From positions 3,092 to 67,091 of the forward strand of contig JBIOXS010000156.1 of NCBI GenBank assembly GCA_044869815.1: a DNA stretch of 64,000 nucleotides, written 5' to 3'. The translations under genes and the position numbers were made by a program. The stretch is from Candidatus Rokuibacteriota bacterium. GTDB taxonomy: Bacteria > Methylomirabilota > Methylomirabilia > Rokubacteriales > CSP1-6. The notes beneath the pieces are model-generated. The model was not told where the DNA came from. It did not search any database and saw only the letters and a list, made by a program, of their open reading frames with translations. Of the stretch, positions 1 to 13,183 are shown one piece after another; the stretch's first letter is position 1, and every line of letters begins with the position of its first letter.

Positions 1-236
1 ACGATATCGCGACGGAACCGGAATCCACGCCCGCCCCGGATGTCGCGCACGGGCTGGATGATGTGCCGCGGCTCGACCATCGACGACGCCACTTGCGGCA
101 GCAAGGGCGTGAAGAGGAGGTAATTCCGGTCGCTGACGAGCAGGATCTCGACGTCGCTTTGGCCACGCAACCGGCGCTCCAGGACGCGCACGGCCTCCAT
201 GCCCGCGAATCCGCCCCCGAGCACGACGATGCGCAT
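1..236 (-). CDS. NAD(P)/FAD-dependent oxidoreductase, type II NADH dehydrogenase-like (5' part only, runs off window)
   Basis: Manual translation from ATG at 236 (overlaps purM stop): MRIVVLGGGFAGMEAVRVLERR...NYLLFTPLLPQVASSMVEPRHI; GxGxxG Rossmann motif and FTPLL motif of NDH-2. Confidence 0.8.
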   Translation of the reverse strand, partial: MRIVVLGGGFAGMEAVRVLERRLRGQSDVEILLVSDRNYLLFTPLLPQVASSMVEPRHIIQPVRDIRGGRGFRFRRDI

Positions 237-1348
237 CACACCAGCTCGACGCCGGCGGGGCCGCCCACGACCTCGCCGATCACCCACACCGTCTCCCCCG
301 CCTCCTCGAGCGCGCGCCGCACCCCGTCCGCCGCCGCCTCGCGGACGACCACGACGTAGCCGACGCCGAGGTTGAACGTGCGCAGCATCTCCGCCTCGCT
401 GACGTGCCCGGCCTCGCGCAGCGTCTCGAAGACGCGGGGGACGCGCCAGGAGTTGCGATGCAGGACGACCCGGCAGCCGTCGGGCAGGACGCGCGGGACA
501 TTGCCGACGAGGCCGCCGCCGGTGATGTTCGCCATCGCCGTCACGCCGCCGCTCGCCAGCGCGGCGCGGACGCCCGAGACGTAGATTCGCGTCGGTTCGA
601 GCAGCTCGTCGCCGACGGTGCGCCCGGTGCCGGGAAGCATCGCGTCCACCCGCAGGCCCAAGACATGGAAGACGATACGGCGCGCGAGAGTGTAGCCGTT
701 ACTGTGGAGTCCCGACGAGGCGAGTCCGAGCACGACGTCGCCCGGCTTCACGGTGGCGCCGTCGAGAATGCGCTCGCGCTCCACCACGCCGACGGCGAAG
801 CCGGCGAGGTCGTACTCGCCGACGCTGTAGAGGTCCGGCAGCTCCGCCGTCTCGCCGCCGATCAGCGCGCACCCCGCGCGGCGGCAGCCCTCGGCCACGC
901 CGCGCACCAGCGCCTCCACGCGGGCCGGATCCAGGTGGCCGATCCCGATGTAGTCGAGGAAGTAGAGAGGCTCGGCACCGTGGACGAGGAGGTCGTTGAC
1001 GCCCATCGCCACCAGGTCGATGCCCACGGTGTCGTGGCGATCGGTCATGAAGGCGACCTTCAGCTTGCTGCCGACGCCGTCCGTCGACGACACGAGCACG
1101 GGCTCGCGATAGCCGGCCGGTACGCGCACGAAGCCGGCGAACGCCCCGATGCCGCCGATGACTTCAGGGCGATGCGTCGACTTCGCGAGCGGCGCGATTC
1201 GCCGGACTGCCTCGTCGCCCGCGTCGATGTCGACACCAGCGTCGCGATAAGTAACCTCGGAGGGAGCCTCGGTAGCCCCCTCCGATGCCTCCCCCAGAAG
1301 AGGATTGCGCCGGCGGAGCCGGCGCTCGGAATGCGGGGCGTCCATCAT
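236..1348 (-). CDS. purM: phosphoribosylformylglycinamidine cyclo-ligase (AIR synthetase)
   Basis: TYRDAGVDIDAG, STDGVGSKL, IGGETAELP, HSNGYTL, RTFNLG motifs; nearest canonical start is ATG 1348/1345, giving a ~30-aa N-terminal extension. Confidence 0.95.
   Translation of the reverse strand: MMDAPHSERRLRRRNPLLGEASEGATEAPSEVTYRDAGVDIDAGDEAVRRIAPLAKSTHRPEVIGGIGAFAGFVRVPAGYREPVLVSSTDGVGSKLKVAFMTDRHDTVGIDLVAMGVNDLLVHGAEPLYFLDYIGIGHLDPARVEALVRGVAEGCRRAGCALIGGETAELPDLYSVGEYDLAGFAVGVVERERILDGATVKPGDVVLGLASSGLHSNGYTLARRIVFHVLGLRVDAMLPGTGRTVGDELLEPTRIYVSGVRAALASGGVTAMANITGGGLVGNVPRVLPDGCRVVLHRNSWRVPRVFETLREAGHVSEAEMLRTFNLGVGYVVVVREAAADGVRRALEEAGETVWVIGEVVGGPAGVELV
1257..1325. repeat. double-hairpin palindromic (REP-like) element at the purF-purM junction
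   Basis: Stem TCGGAGGG(1257-1264)/CCCTCCGA(1278-1285) and stem GCGCCGGC(1307-1314)/GCCGGCGC(1318-1325). Confidence 0.55.
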
Positions 1349-1353
1349 CGAGC

Positions 1354-2746
<1,393 letters not shown>

Positions 2747-2766
<20 letters not shown>

Positions 2767-4966
2767 AGCCGCTCCTCCATGCGTGTGCGATACGGTCCAC
2801 CGCGACGTCGATCACCTGCGGTGTCGCGCGGATGACCACGCGCTCGCCGCCGGTGACGCCGATCCAGCGCCACGGAATCGCCGACTCCGCCATCAACGCC
2901 TCGAACTCCCGCACGCGCGCGGGCTCGACCGTCACCACCACGCGCGAGGGCCCCTCGCCGAACAGCGCGAGGTCCGCCCGCGTCGTCCCCGGCACGCTCA
3001 CATCGCACCCGACCGGCGTGGCGCCCGTCACCGCGCTCTCCGCCAGCGCCACCGCCACTCCGCCCTCGGCACAGTCGTGGGCGGCGGTGACGAGTCCCGC
3101 ACCGACGGCGGCGCGGACGGCCGACTGCACCCGGCGCTCCATCTCGAGATCGAGCGGCGCCAGCCGTCCCGCAAGTCGACCGTGCGCCGCCCACAGGTAC
3201 TCCGAGCCTCCGAGACTCACCGCGTCCGGCCCCAGCAGCGCGATGCGCTGGCCCGGAGCCTTGAACGACTGGGTCGCCAGCCGCCCTGCATCGTCCAGGA
3301 CGCCGACCACCCCGATCACGGGCGTGGGCAGGACGGCCTGACCGAGCGTCTCATTGTAGAAGGAAACGTTGCCGCCCACCACCGGCACGTCCAGCGCCCG
3401 GGACGCCTCCGCGATGCCCTCGATGGCCTCCGCGAATTGCCACAGGATTTCGGGCCTTTCGGGCGAGCCGAAGTTCATGCAGTCGGTGACACCGAGCGGG
3501 CGCGCGCCCGAGCACGCGACATTTCGTGCCGCCTCGCATACGGCCATGGCCGCCCCTCTTCGCGGATCGAGGAGGACCTGCCGGCCGTTGCCGTCGGTGG
3601 ACACGGCGATGGCGCGCCGTGTTCCCTTGATGCGCAGCACAGCGGCGTCGGAGCCGGGCAGCACGAGCGTATTGGTCCCGACCTGTTGGTCGTACTGGCG
3701 GAACACCCACTCCTTGGACGCGATCGTCGGCGAGGCGCAGAGCCCGACCAGGGCCTCGCCGTAATCGGTCGGCTCGGGCAGCGAGAGCGGATCGAACGCC
3801 TGCCGCTCGGCCAGCCACGCGGGCGGCGCCGTCGGCTTCTCGTACCGCGGGCCGTCGGCGAGCGCATCCACCGGCACCGCGGCGACGATCTCGCCGTGCT
3901 GCCGGATGGTCAGCGCGCCGTCCTTGGTCACGCGGCCGATCTCGACGGCGTCGAGCTCCCACTTCGCGAAGATCCGGCGGACTTCCTCTTCGCGGCCCCG
4001 CTCGGCGACGAGCAGCATGCGCTCCTGGCTCTCGGACAACAGGATTTCGTAGGGCGTCATGTGCGTCTCGCGCTGCGGGACTCGCGAGATCTCGACGTCC
4101 ATGCCGGTTCCGCTCCGCGCCGGCATCTCCGACGTGCAGCACGCCAGCCCGGCCGCCCCCATGTCCTGGATGCCGACGACGGCGCCTGTCTGCATCACCT
4201 CGAGACACGCCTCCAGCAGGAGCTTCTCGGTGAAGGGATCACCGACCTGGACCGTCGGCCGTTTGGCCTCCGACGCCTCGTCGAAGGTCGCGGACGCCAT
4301 GGTGGCGCCGTGGATGCCGTCGCGTCCGGTCTTGTTGCCCACGTAGAAGACCGGATTGCCCACGCCCTCGGCCTTCGCGCGAAAGATGCGGTCGGCCCGC
4401 ACGAGCCCGACGCACATCACGTTCACCAGGGGGTTCCCCGCGTACTCCGGGGCGAATGCGATCTCGCCGCCGACGGTCGGGCACCCGAAACAGTTGCCGT
4501 ACCAGGAGATGCCGGAGACGACGCCGTCGATGAGCTGCCGCGTCCTGGGCTCGGCCGGATCGCCGAAGCGCAGCGAGTCGAGGATCGCGATCGGCCGGGC
4601 GCCCATCGTGAAGATGTCGCGCAGGATGCCGCCCACGCCCGTGGCCGCGCCCTGGAAGGGCTCGATGAAGGACGGGTGGTTGTGGCTCTCGATCTTGAAG
4701 ACGACCGCCCAGCCGTCACCGATGTCGACGGCGCCGGCGTTCTCGCCCGGGCCTTGCAGCAGCTGCGGCGCGCTCGTCGGCAGGCGCGAAAGGTACATGC
4801 GCGAGTGCTTGTACGCGCAGTGCTCGGACCAGAGCGCCGAGAAGAGGCCGAGCTCCGTGTAGGACGGCTCGCGGCCGAGCCGCTGGATGATCCGATCGTA
4901 TTCTTCCGCCGTCAGGCCCAGGCCGCGCGCCAGGTCGAGAGTGACCTTCGGCTCAGCTCCGGCCAA
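2747..4966 (-). CDS. purL: phosphoribosylformylglycinamidine synthase subunit PurL
   Basis: [36 protein letters not shown] motifs; 739 aa small-form PurL. Confidence 0.97.
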
Positions 4967-4978
4967 CCGTGCCCCGGC

Positions 4979-5692
4979 TCACCGTTTGAGGAAGGTGCCG
5001 TCCTCGACCAGGATGCCGAGGAGCGACTGGAAGAGCAGCAGGCCGTCCGTCCCGCCCATGACCGTCTCGCTCGCCCGCTCGGGGTGCGGCATGAGCCCGA
5101 GGACGCCGCCGCCCTCGCTGACGACGCCGGCGATGTTCTCCACCGAGCCGTTGGGGTTCGCGGCGCGCACGACCTGCCCGTCGGCGGTGGCGTAGCGGAA
5201 GACGATCTGCCGCCGCGCCTTCAGCGCGCGGAGCGTGTCCGGCTCCGCGAAGTACTTGCCCTCGCCGTGCGAGATCGGCATGGTCAGCACCTGGCCGGGG
5301 CGCAGCCCGCGCGTGAAGGGCGTGTCGACGTTGTCGACCACGAGATGGGTCGACTGACACCGGTACTGCAAGCACTCGTTGCGCATGAGCACGCCCGGCA
5401 GCAGACCGGCTTCGCAGAGGATCTGGAAGCCGTTGCACGAGCCCAGCACGAACCCGCCGCGGGCGACGAAGTCGCCGAGCGCTTCGACCACGGGCGATTT
5501 CCCGGCCACGGCGCCGGCGCGGAGGTAGTCGCCGTACGAGAAGCCTCCGGGCAGGATGACGCAGTCGAGATCGGCGAGATTCCGATCGCGATGCCAGACG
5601 TATCTCACCGGCTGATGCAGCACTTCGGAGATCACGTAGTGGAAGTCGCAATCGCTCCACGTGCCGGGAAAGACGACGACGCCGAATCTCAT
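4979..5692 (-). CDS. purQ: phosphoribosylformylglycinamidine synthase subunit PurQ
   Basis: GGFSYGDYLR, GSCNGFQIL, HGEG, LMPHPER motifs. Confidence 0.97.
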   Translation of the reverse strand: MRFGVVVFPGTWSDCDFHYVISEVLHQPVRYVWHRDRNLADLDCVILPGGFSYGDYLRAGAVAGKSPVVEALGDFVARGGFVLGSCNGFQILCEAGLLPGVLMRNECLQYRCQSTHLVVDNVDTPFTRGLRPGQVLTMPISHGEGKYFAEPDTLRALKARRQIVFRYATADGQVVRAANPNGSVENIAGVVSEGGGVLGLMPHPERASETVMGGTDGLLLFQSLLGILVEDGTFLKR

Positions 5693-5719
5693 GAGCCGGC
5701 TGTTCTCCTCTCTGCGATC

Positions 5720-5995
5720 TTACCGGACCGGTTCGGACCGGGCAAGGCGCTCGCCCTCGATCGCCTCGATCGTGTAGTCCTCGAGGATCGTGTTCGCCAG
5801 CAACTTGCGGCACATCTCCTCGACGCGCTGGCGGGCGGCCGCCGGCGTGCTGGCATCGACCTCCACCTCGATGAGCTTGCCCACGCGCAGATCGCGCACG
5901 TCGCCGAACCCCAGGCCCACCAGCGCACGCTGCACGGCCGCCCCCTGGACGTCCAGGATCCCTGGCTTGAGGCGAACGAGGACGCGCGCCCTCAC
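5720..5995 (-). CDS. purS: phosphoribosylformylglycinamidine synthase subunit PurS
   Basis: LKPGILDVQG...VGK...MCRKLLAN.ILEDY; GTG start overlapping purC stop. Confidence 0.92.
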   Translation of the reverse strand: MRARVLVRLKPGILDVQGAAVQRALVGLGFGDVRDLRVGKLIEVEVDASTPAAARQRVEEMCRKLLANTILEDYTIEAIEGERLARSEPVR

Positions 5996-6725
5996 GCGCC
6001 CACCAGGCGGCGGTAGACCTCCTGATAGGCGTCCTCGACGCCGCCGAGGTCGCGGCGGAAGCGATCCTTGTCGAGCTTCTCGCGCGTCGCGCGATCCCAG
6101 AGCCGGCACGTGTCCGGCGAGATCTCGTCGCCGAGGTAGAGCTTGCCGCCGGCGCGGCCGAACTCGAGCTTGAAGTCAACGAGCAGGAGATCGCGCTTGA
6201 GGAGGTGCGGTTTCAGGATCGAGTCGATCTTGAGCGCCATGCGCCTCATCCACGCCAGCTCGGCCGGCTTCGCGAGGGCCATCATGCGGACGTGATCGTC
6301 GTTGATCATGGGGTCGCCGAGCGGATCCGATTTCAGATAGAGCTCCACGACCGGCTTCGCGATCGGCGTGCCTTCCTCGAGCCCGGTACGCTTGGCGAGG
6401 CTGCCCGCCACCACGTTGCGCACGATGGTCTCGATCTTGATGATGTCCAGCCGCCGGCAGAGCATCTCCCGGTCCGACAGCGTCCCGAGATAGTGCGTGG
6501 GCACGCGGGCCTTGCCCAGCCGCTCGAACAGCGCCGCCGACATGCGGTTGTTCACGACGCCCTTGCCGAGAATGGTCCCTTTCTTGAGGGCATTGAAGGC
6601 CGTGGCGTCGTCCTTGAAGTACTGGATGACGACGCCCGGCTTCGACGTCGCGTAGACGATCTTCGCCTTGCCCTCGTAAAGCTTGTCGCCTTGCTCGATG
6701 CGCTCGGCAGTCGCGGCGGCACGAC

Positions 6726-6729
<4 letters not shown>
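5992..6729 (-). CDS. purC: SAICAR synthase
   Basis: LYEGKAK, FKDDATAFN, RNVVAGS, VDFKLEFG, DEISPDTCRLWD, LDKDRFR; GTG start at 6729. Confidence 0.96.
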
Positions 6730-8039
<1,310 letters not shown>

Positions 8040-8181
8040 GAGGATCTCACCTTAACGAAAAACGCGACGGATTGGTAGGGCCTGCCCGGGCGACCACAAT
8101 ATAGCGGGTCTTCGGGTCCCCGGCTGGCGCCGGGCGCGTATACTTTCAGGCGCTGGCCATCCTTCACCGGAGGAGTCGACG

Positions 8182-9645
8182 ATGACGGCTCTCAATCCTT
8201 ACGCCTTCCGTCCGCATCGAGGTTTGCGTCGAGGCCTCCGCACCGAGGTGCCGTTACCGACGCGCCTCGTGTCGAACGAGGAGTTCCCGCCGCTGGCCCA
8301 AACGTCCGCCCAGCGAGCGGTCGAGGCTCGGATCCTGGCCGAGGCGGGTCGCCTCGCGCCGCGCCTCGGCGTCAGCCGCCGGCAGTTACTCCGGACGACC
8401 GGCGGCATGGCCACCTCGCTCCTCGCGATGAACGCGGTCTTCGGCCATTTCTTCGACGTCCTGCCCGTGGAGGCCGCCGAGCCGGCGGCCTTCCAGGCGC
8501 GCTCGGGAGAGGCGCCCTTCATCTTCGACGTCCAGCTGCACTACGTCGGGGCCGCCTACGATCCTGCCGACGAGGAAGTGGCGCGTCGCGGTGTCTCGAA
8601 GCAGGCGCTGCTGGGATTGCGCAAGTCGGCGCGCCGCCTGAACCCGAAGCTCGCGTCCGACGCGGGCACACTGGCGGACCTCTCGTGGGCGAACATGGTC
8701 AAGGAGGTCTTCCTCGACAGCGAGACGGCGATGGGGCTCATCTCGACGCCGCCGGGTCCGTACCCCGAGCAGGCGGTGGTGCCGCCGAAGGAGATGACGC
8801 ACTTCCGCGACGAGATCAATCGCGTCACCCAGTCCCGCCGGATGCTCGCCCACGGCCTGATCACGCCGCAGCTCGGCCAGCGCGACCTCGACTTCATGGA
8901 TCAGCAGGCGCAGACCCTCAACGTCGACGCCTGGAAGGGCTACACCGGCGCCGCGCCGAAGGGCTTCGATCGCGGCTGGTTCGTGGACGACGAGAAGCTC
9001 GCGCATCCGATGCTGGAGCGCGCGCGCAAGCTGGGCGTCACGCGGATCTGCCTGCACAAGGGGCTGCCGCTCGGTCCGGTCGCCGACTACAACCATCCGC
9101 GCGACCTGATCAAGGCGGCGAAGGACTTCCCGGACCTCGACTTCATCGCCTACCACGCGGGCCTGCTGCGCGTGGCGTCCACGGAGGCCTCGCCCGAGGT
9201 CCCGTGGACCAGCGAGTTCTGCCGCATGAAGAAGGCGACCACCCTCGCGAACATCTACATGGAGCTCGGCTCGACGTTCGGACAGCTCGTTACCACGAAT
9301 CCCACCGCGTGCGCGCACCTGCTCGGACAGGTCGTCGACGCCTTCGGCGCCGATCACGTGCTGTGGGGCACCGACTCCATCTGGTACGGCACACCGCAAT
9401 GGCAGATCGACGCGTTCCGTCGCTTCGAGATTCCCAAGGCGCTCGTCGACCGCCACGGGTACGCGCCGCTGACGCGCGCGGTGAAGGAGCAGATCTTCGG
9501 GCTCAACGCCGCCCGCCTCTTTCGCGTCGACGTCAACGCCAAGCGCAACGAGATCCCCGCCGATTACCTGACGCGCATGAAGATGGCGTACCTCGACGAC
9601 CGCCCCACCCCCAGCCACCGCTGGTACGGCTGGGTGGCCGGCTAA
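8182..9645 (+). CDS. amidohydrolase family 2 (metal-dependent TIM barrel) protein with internal twin-arginine-like segment
   Basis: FDVQLH, CLHKG, AYHAG, LWGTDSIW, IFGLNAARLF metal-hydrolase motifs; SRRQLLR plus hydrophobic stretch near residue 65; GGAGGAG RBS. Confidence 0.75.
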   Translation: MTALNPYAFRPHRGLRRGLRTEVPLPTRLVSNEEFPPLAQTSAQRAVEARILAEAGRLAPRLGVSRRQLLRTTGGMATSLLAMNAVFGHFFDVLPVEAAEPAAFQARSGEAPFIFDVQLHYVGAAYDPADEEVARRGVSKQALLGLRKSARRLNPKLASDAGTLADLSWANMVKEVFLDSETAMGLISTPPGPYPEQAVVPPKEMTHFRDEINRVTQSRRMLAHGLITPQLGQRDLDFMDQQAQTLNVDAWKGYTGAAPKGFDRGWFVDDEKLAHPMLERARKLGVTRICLHKGLPLGPVADYNHPRDLIKAAKDFPDLDFIAYHAGLLRVASTEASPEVPWTSEFCRMKKATTLANIYMELGSTFGQLVTTNPTACAHLLGQVVDAFGADHVLWGTDSIWYGTPQWQIDAFRRFEIPKALVDRHGYAPLTRAVKEQIFGLNAARLFRVDVNAKRNEIPADYLTRMKMAYLDDRPTPSHRWYGWVAG

Positions 9646-10901
9646 CGCAGCTCCGCAGGAAGGTTCCGGCGGTCGAGCGGGCCGAGTGTGGTGAGGGCGA
9701 TCTGGGCCTCGTCGAGCAGCTCGGCGACGAGGGCCTGCACCTCGTCGTGCTTGACGGTGTCGATGGCCCGCAGCATCTCGTCGAGGGTCAGGAACGAGCC
9801 GAAGTGGAGCTCGTGCTTGGCGAGGCGGTTCATGCGACTCGAGGTCGACTCGAGCGACAGCATGAGGCTTCCCTTCAGGTGATCCTTGGCGCGCTTGAGC
9901 TCGTCCTGCGTCACACCCTGCTTCTTGACCTCGCGCAGCTCCTTGAGCGTCGACTTCAGCACCTTGGAGAAGTTCGTCGCGTCGGTGGCGGCGTAGACGT
10001 AGAGCGTGCCCGTGTCGGCGTAGGACTGCACGCCGGAGTGGATCGAGTACACGAGGCCCTGCCGCTCGCGCACCTCCTGGAACAGGCGCGAGGACATGCT
10101 GCCGCCGACGATATCGTTGAGCAGGAACAGCGCGTAGCGCTCGGGGGCGGCGTGGTGCAGGCCCGGAAAGCCGATGACGAGATGCACCTGCTCCAGCGTC
10201 TTCTGCACGATGTTGACGCCCGGGATGATGCGCGCGGGCTGCGAAACGCGATGCGCGGGCTCGTGAGTGAAGCCGTTGAAGCCGCGGCCGAAGAGCTCGA
10301 TGACCTGGCCGTGGGTGACGTTGCCCGCCACCGCGATCACGATCCGCGGCGGCACATACTCCTCGCCGAAGTGGGTGGCGATGATGTCGCGCCCGAAGCT
10401 CTCCACGAGCTCGCGGCTGCCCAGGATGGGCTTGCCCAGCGGATGGTTGGCCCAGATCTGGGCCGCGAAGAGGTCGTGGATCACGTCGTCCGGCGTGTCC
10501 TCGACCATCTTGATCTCCTGGAGCACGACCGACTTCTCCCGCTCGAGCTCTTCGGCGTCGAAGAGAGGATGAAGAAGAATATCGGTCAGGAGATCGACGG
10601 CCATCGGGAGATGTTCGTCGAGGACCTGGACGTAGAAGCACGTATGCTCTTTCGTCGTGAAGGCGTCCATCTGTCCGCCGACGGAGTCCATCTCGCGCGC
10701 GATGGCCTCCGCCGAGCGGCTGGCCGTGCCCTTGAAGACGAGGTGCTCGATGAGGTGCGAGATGCCGCCGCGGCCGTCGGCCTCGTTGCGCGAGCCGGTC
10801 TCGACCCAGACTCCAACCGCCACTGACCGGACATGCGGCATGCGCTCGGTGATGACGCGGATACCGTTGGGCAGCACGCTCTTCCGGTAGTCTTCGGTCA
10901 C
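9642..10901 (-). CDS. M16 family zinc peptidase (pitrilysin/MPP-like)
   Basis: Inverted zincin HLIEH, AFTTKE, RLFQEVRE.GLVYS; typical position after pnp. Confidence 0.93.
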   Translation of the reverse strand: MTEDYRKSVLPNGIRVITERMPHVRSVAVGVWVETGSRNEADGRGGISHLIEHLVFKGTASRSAEAIAREMDSVGGQMDAFTTKEHTCFYVQVLDEHLPMAVDLLTDILLHPLFDAEELEREKSVVLQEIKMVEDTPDDVIHDLFAAQIWANHPLGKPILGSRELVESFGRDIIATHFGEEYVPPRIVIAVAGNVTHGQVIELFGRGFNGFTHEPAHRVSQPARIIPGVNIVQKTLEQVHLVIGFPGLHHAAPERYALFLLNDIVGGSMSSRLFQEVRERQGLVYSIHSGVQSYADTGTLYVYAATDATNFSKVLKSTLKELREVKKQGVTQDELKRAKDHLKGSLMLSLESTSSRMNRLAKHELHFGSFLTLDEMLRAIDTVKHDEVQALVAELLDEAQIALTTLGPLDRRNLPAELR

Positions 10902-10905
10902 GCGG

Positions 10906-13047
10906 TTATGCCCTCGGTGGATTCGCCGCCTGCGGGTTTTTCAGCCGCTCCTTGTCGGCGAGCGCGGGCTGGTCCCGCAGGGCCATCTTCCTCGACAGCC
11001 GCATCTTGCCGTTGCCGTCGATCTCGATGACCTTTACCAGCACCTCGTCGCCCTCGGTCAGCACGTCCTGCACGGACCGGATGCGCGACTCCGCGATCTG
11101 CGAGATGTGCAGCAACCCCTCGGTGTTGGGGATGACTTCCACGAACGCGCCGAACTCGACGATCTTCTTCACCTTGCCGAGATAGATCCGGTCCAGCTCC
11201 ACCTCGCGGCAGATGTCCTGCACGATGGAGAGCGCCTTCTGGACCGAGTCTGCATCGGGCGAGAAGATGGTGACGCGCCCGTCGTCCTCGACGTCGATCT
11301 TCGTCCCCGTCTGCTCCTGGATGCCGCGAATGACCTTGCCGCCGGGGCCGATGATCTCGCGGATCTTCTCGGTCCGGATCTTGATGGTGACGAACCGCGG
11401 CGCGTACGGCGACAGCTCCGGGCGCGGCTTGTCGAGGGTGTCGCGCATCTTGCCGAGCACGACCATCCTCGCGTCGCGCGCCTTCGCCAGCGCCTCCCGC
11501 ATGATTTCAATCGACACGCCGGCGATCTTGATGTCCATCTGGAGCGCGGTCACGCCCTTGTCGGTGCCCGCCACCTTGAAGTCCATGTCACCGTAGTGAT
11601 CCTCGGTGCCCATGATGTCGGTGAGGATGCCGAACCGCTCGCCTTCCTTGACCAGGCCCATGGCGATGCCCGCCACGTGGGACTTGAGCGGCACGCCCGC
11701 GTCCATGAGCGCCAGCGACGCACCGCACACGGTGGCCATCGACGAGGAGCCGTTCGACTCGAGGATGTCGGACACCACCCGGATCGTGTAGGGGAACTCC
11801 TCCTTGGCCGGAAGCACGGCCTCCACCGCCCGTTCGGCGAGGGCCCCGTGGCCGATGTCGCGGCGCGACGGCGAGCCGAAGCGCCGGACCTCGCCGACGG
11901 AGAACGACGGGAAGTTGTAGTGCAGCATGAAGTGGCGATACGACTCGCCCTCGAGCGCCTCGATCTTCTGCTCGTCCGACTTCGTGCCGAGCGTGGCCGC
12001 CACCACCGCCTGGGTCTCGCCGCGCGTGAACAGCGACGAGCCGTGGGCGCGGGGCAGATAGGCCGTCTCGATGGCGATCGGCCGGATCTCGTTCACCTTG
12101 CGGCCGTCGACTCGGATACCTTCCTCGACGATGAGCCGCCGGATCTCGGCGGAGGCAACCAGCTCGAAGGCGTCGCGGACGGCGGCCTTCTTCGCCTCGT
12201 CGCCGCCGAACGCGGCGAAGACCTCGTCGAACACCCGGTTGATCGCGTCGGCGCGAGGGTGCTTTTCGTGGGTGCCGAGGGCCGCCGCGAGCTTCGCCTT
12301 GGCGAGCTCCCGGACACGCGCCTCCAGCGCCGGGTCCTTGCCGGCGCTCGGATCGAACGCCCAGCGCGGCTTCGCGGCGCGCGCCACGAGCTCCTTCTGC
12401 AGGCGCGCCAGCTTCTTGCACTCGGCGTGGCCGAACGCGATGGCCTCGAGCATGGCTTCCTCGAGTACTTCGCGGGCGCCCGCCTCCACCATCAGCACGG
12501 CTTCCTCGGTGCCCGCGATGACGAGCTCGAGGGTCGAGACCTTCTGCTGCTCGGTGGTCGGGTTCACGACGAAGCGGCCGTCGACCTGGCCGACGCGCAC
12601 GGCGCCGACAGGGCCGTCGAACGGCATGCCCGACAGGCAGAGGGCGGTGGAGGCGCCGTTCATGGCGAGCACGTCGGGGTCGTTCTCCTGGTCGCCCGAG
12701 ATGACCAGGCAGATCACCTGGACCTCGTTCTTGAAGCCTTCGGGGAACAGCGGGCGGACGGGACGATCGATCAAGCGCGAGGTGAGGACCTCCTTCTTGA
12801 CAGGCGCGCCCTCACGCTTGAAGTAGCCACCGGGAATGCGGCCGCCGGCGTAGGCGCGCTCGCGATACTCCACGGTCAGCGGGAAGAAATCCTGTCCCTC
12901 CCTCGCCGTCTTCGCCGCCACGCAGGTTGCCAGCACCATGGTGCCGCCGTAGCGCACCATCACGGCGCCATCGGCCTGCTTGGCGACTTTGCCGGTCTCG
13001 AGCGAAAAGGGTTGTCCGTTGATGTCGAGCTGTACGGTATGACTCAT
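10906..13047 (-). CDS. pnp: polyribonucleotide nucleotidyltransferase
   Basis: RLIDRPVRP, FTRGETQ, ESNGSSSMA, GDMDFKVAG, KH (IIGPGGK) and S1 domains. Confidence 0.98.
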   Translation of the reverse strand: MSHTVQLDINGQPFSLETGKVAKQADGAVMVRYGGTMVLATCVAAKTAREGQDFFPLTVEYRERAYAGGRIPGGYFKREGAPVKKEVLTSRLIDRPVRPLFPEGFKNEVQVICLVISGDQENDPDVLAMNGASTALCLSGMPFDGPVGAVRVGQVDGRFVVNPTTEQQKVSTLELVIAGTEEAVLMVEAGAREVLEEAMLEAIAFGHAECKKLARLQKELVARAAKPRWAFDPSAGKDPALEARVRELAKAKLAAALGTHEKHPRADAINRVFDEVFAAFGGDEAKKAAVRDAFELVASAEIRRLIVEEGIRVDGRKVNEIRPIAIETAYLPRAHGSSLFTRGETQAVVAATLGTKSDEQKIEALEGESYRHFMLHYNFPSFSVGEVRRFGSPSRRDIGHGALAERAVEAVLPAKEEFPYTIRVVSDILESNGSSSMATVCGASLALMDAGVPLKSHVAGIAMGLVKEGERFGILTDIMGTEDHYGDMDFKVAGTDKGVTALQMDIKIAGVSIEIMREALAKARDARMVVLGKMRDTLDKPRPELSPYAPRFVTIKIRTEKIREIIGPGGKVIRGIQEQTGTKIDVEDDGRVTIFSPDADSVQKALSIVQDICREVELDRIYLGKVKKIVEFGAFVEVIPNTEGLLHISQIAESRIRSVQDVLTEGDEVLVKVIEIDGNGKMRLSRKMALRDQPALADKERLKNPQAANPPRA

Positions 13048-13183
13048 CTGGGTACGTGTCCTCGGGGTTCGACGGTGTCCCGGCGAACGCCTGATATGGC
13101 AGGCGGCACGCTGGCCGGCCTGCGGTGGGCCCCCGGGTTCTCATCCGTCCGAGGACCAGCCTGTTTCACTGCACGACGTCCTG

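Noticed and set aside
8040-8181. Possible purine, PRPP or ZTP riboswitch upstream of purB
   Set aside because: No recognisable aptamer consensus; only divergent -10-like hexamers (TATATT, TATACT) with poor -35 boxes
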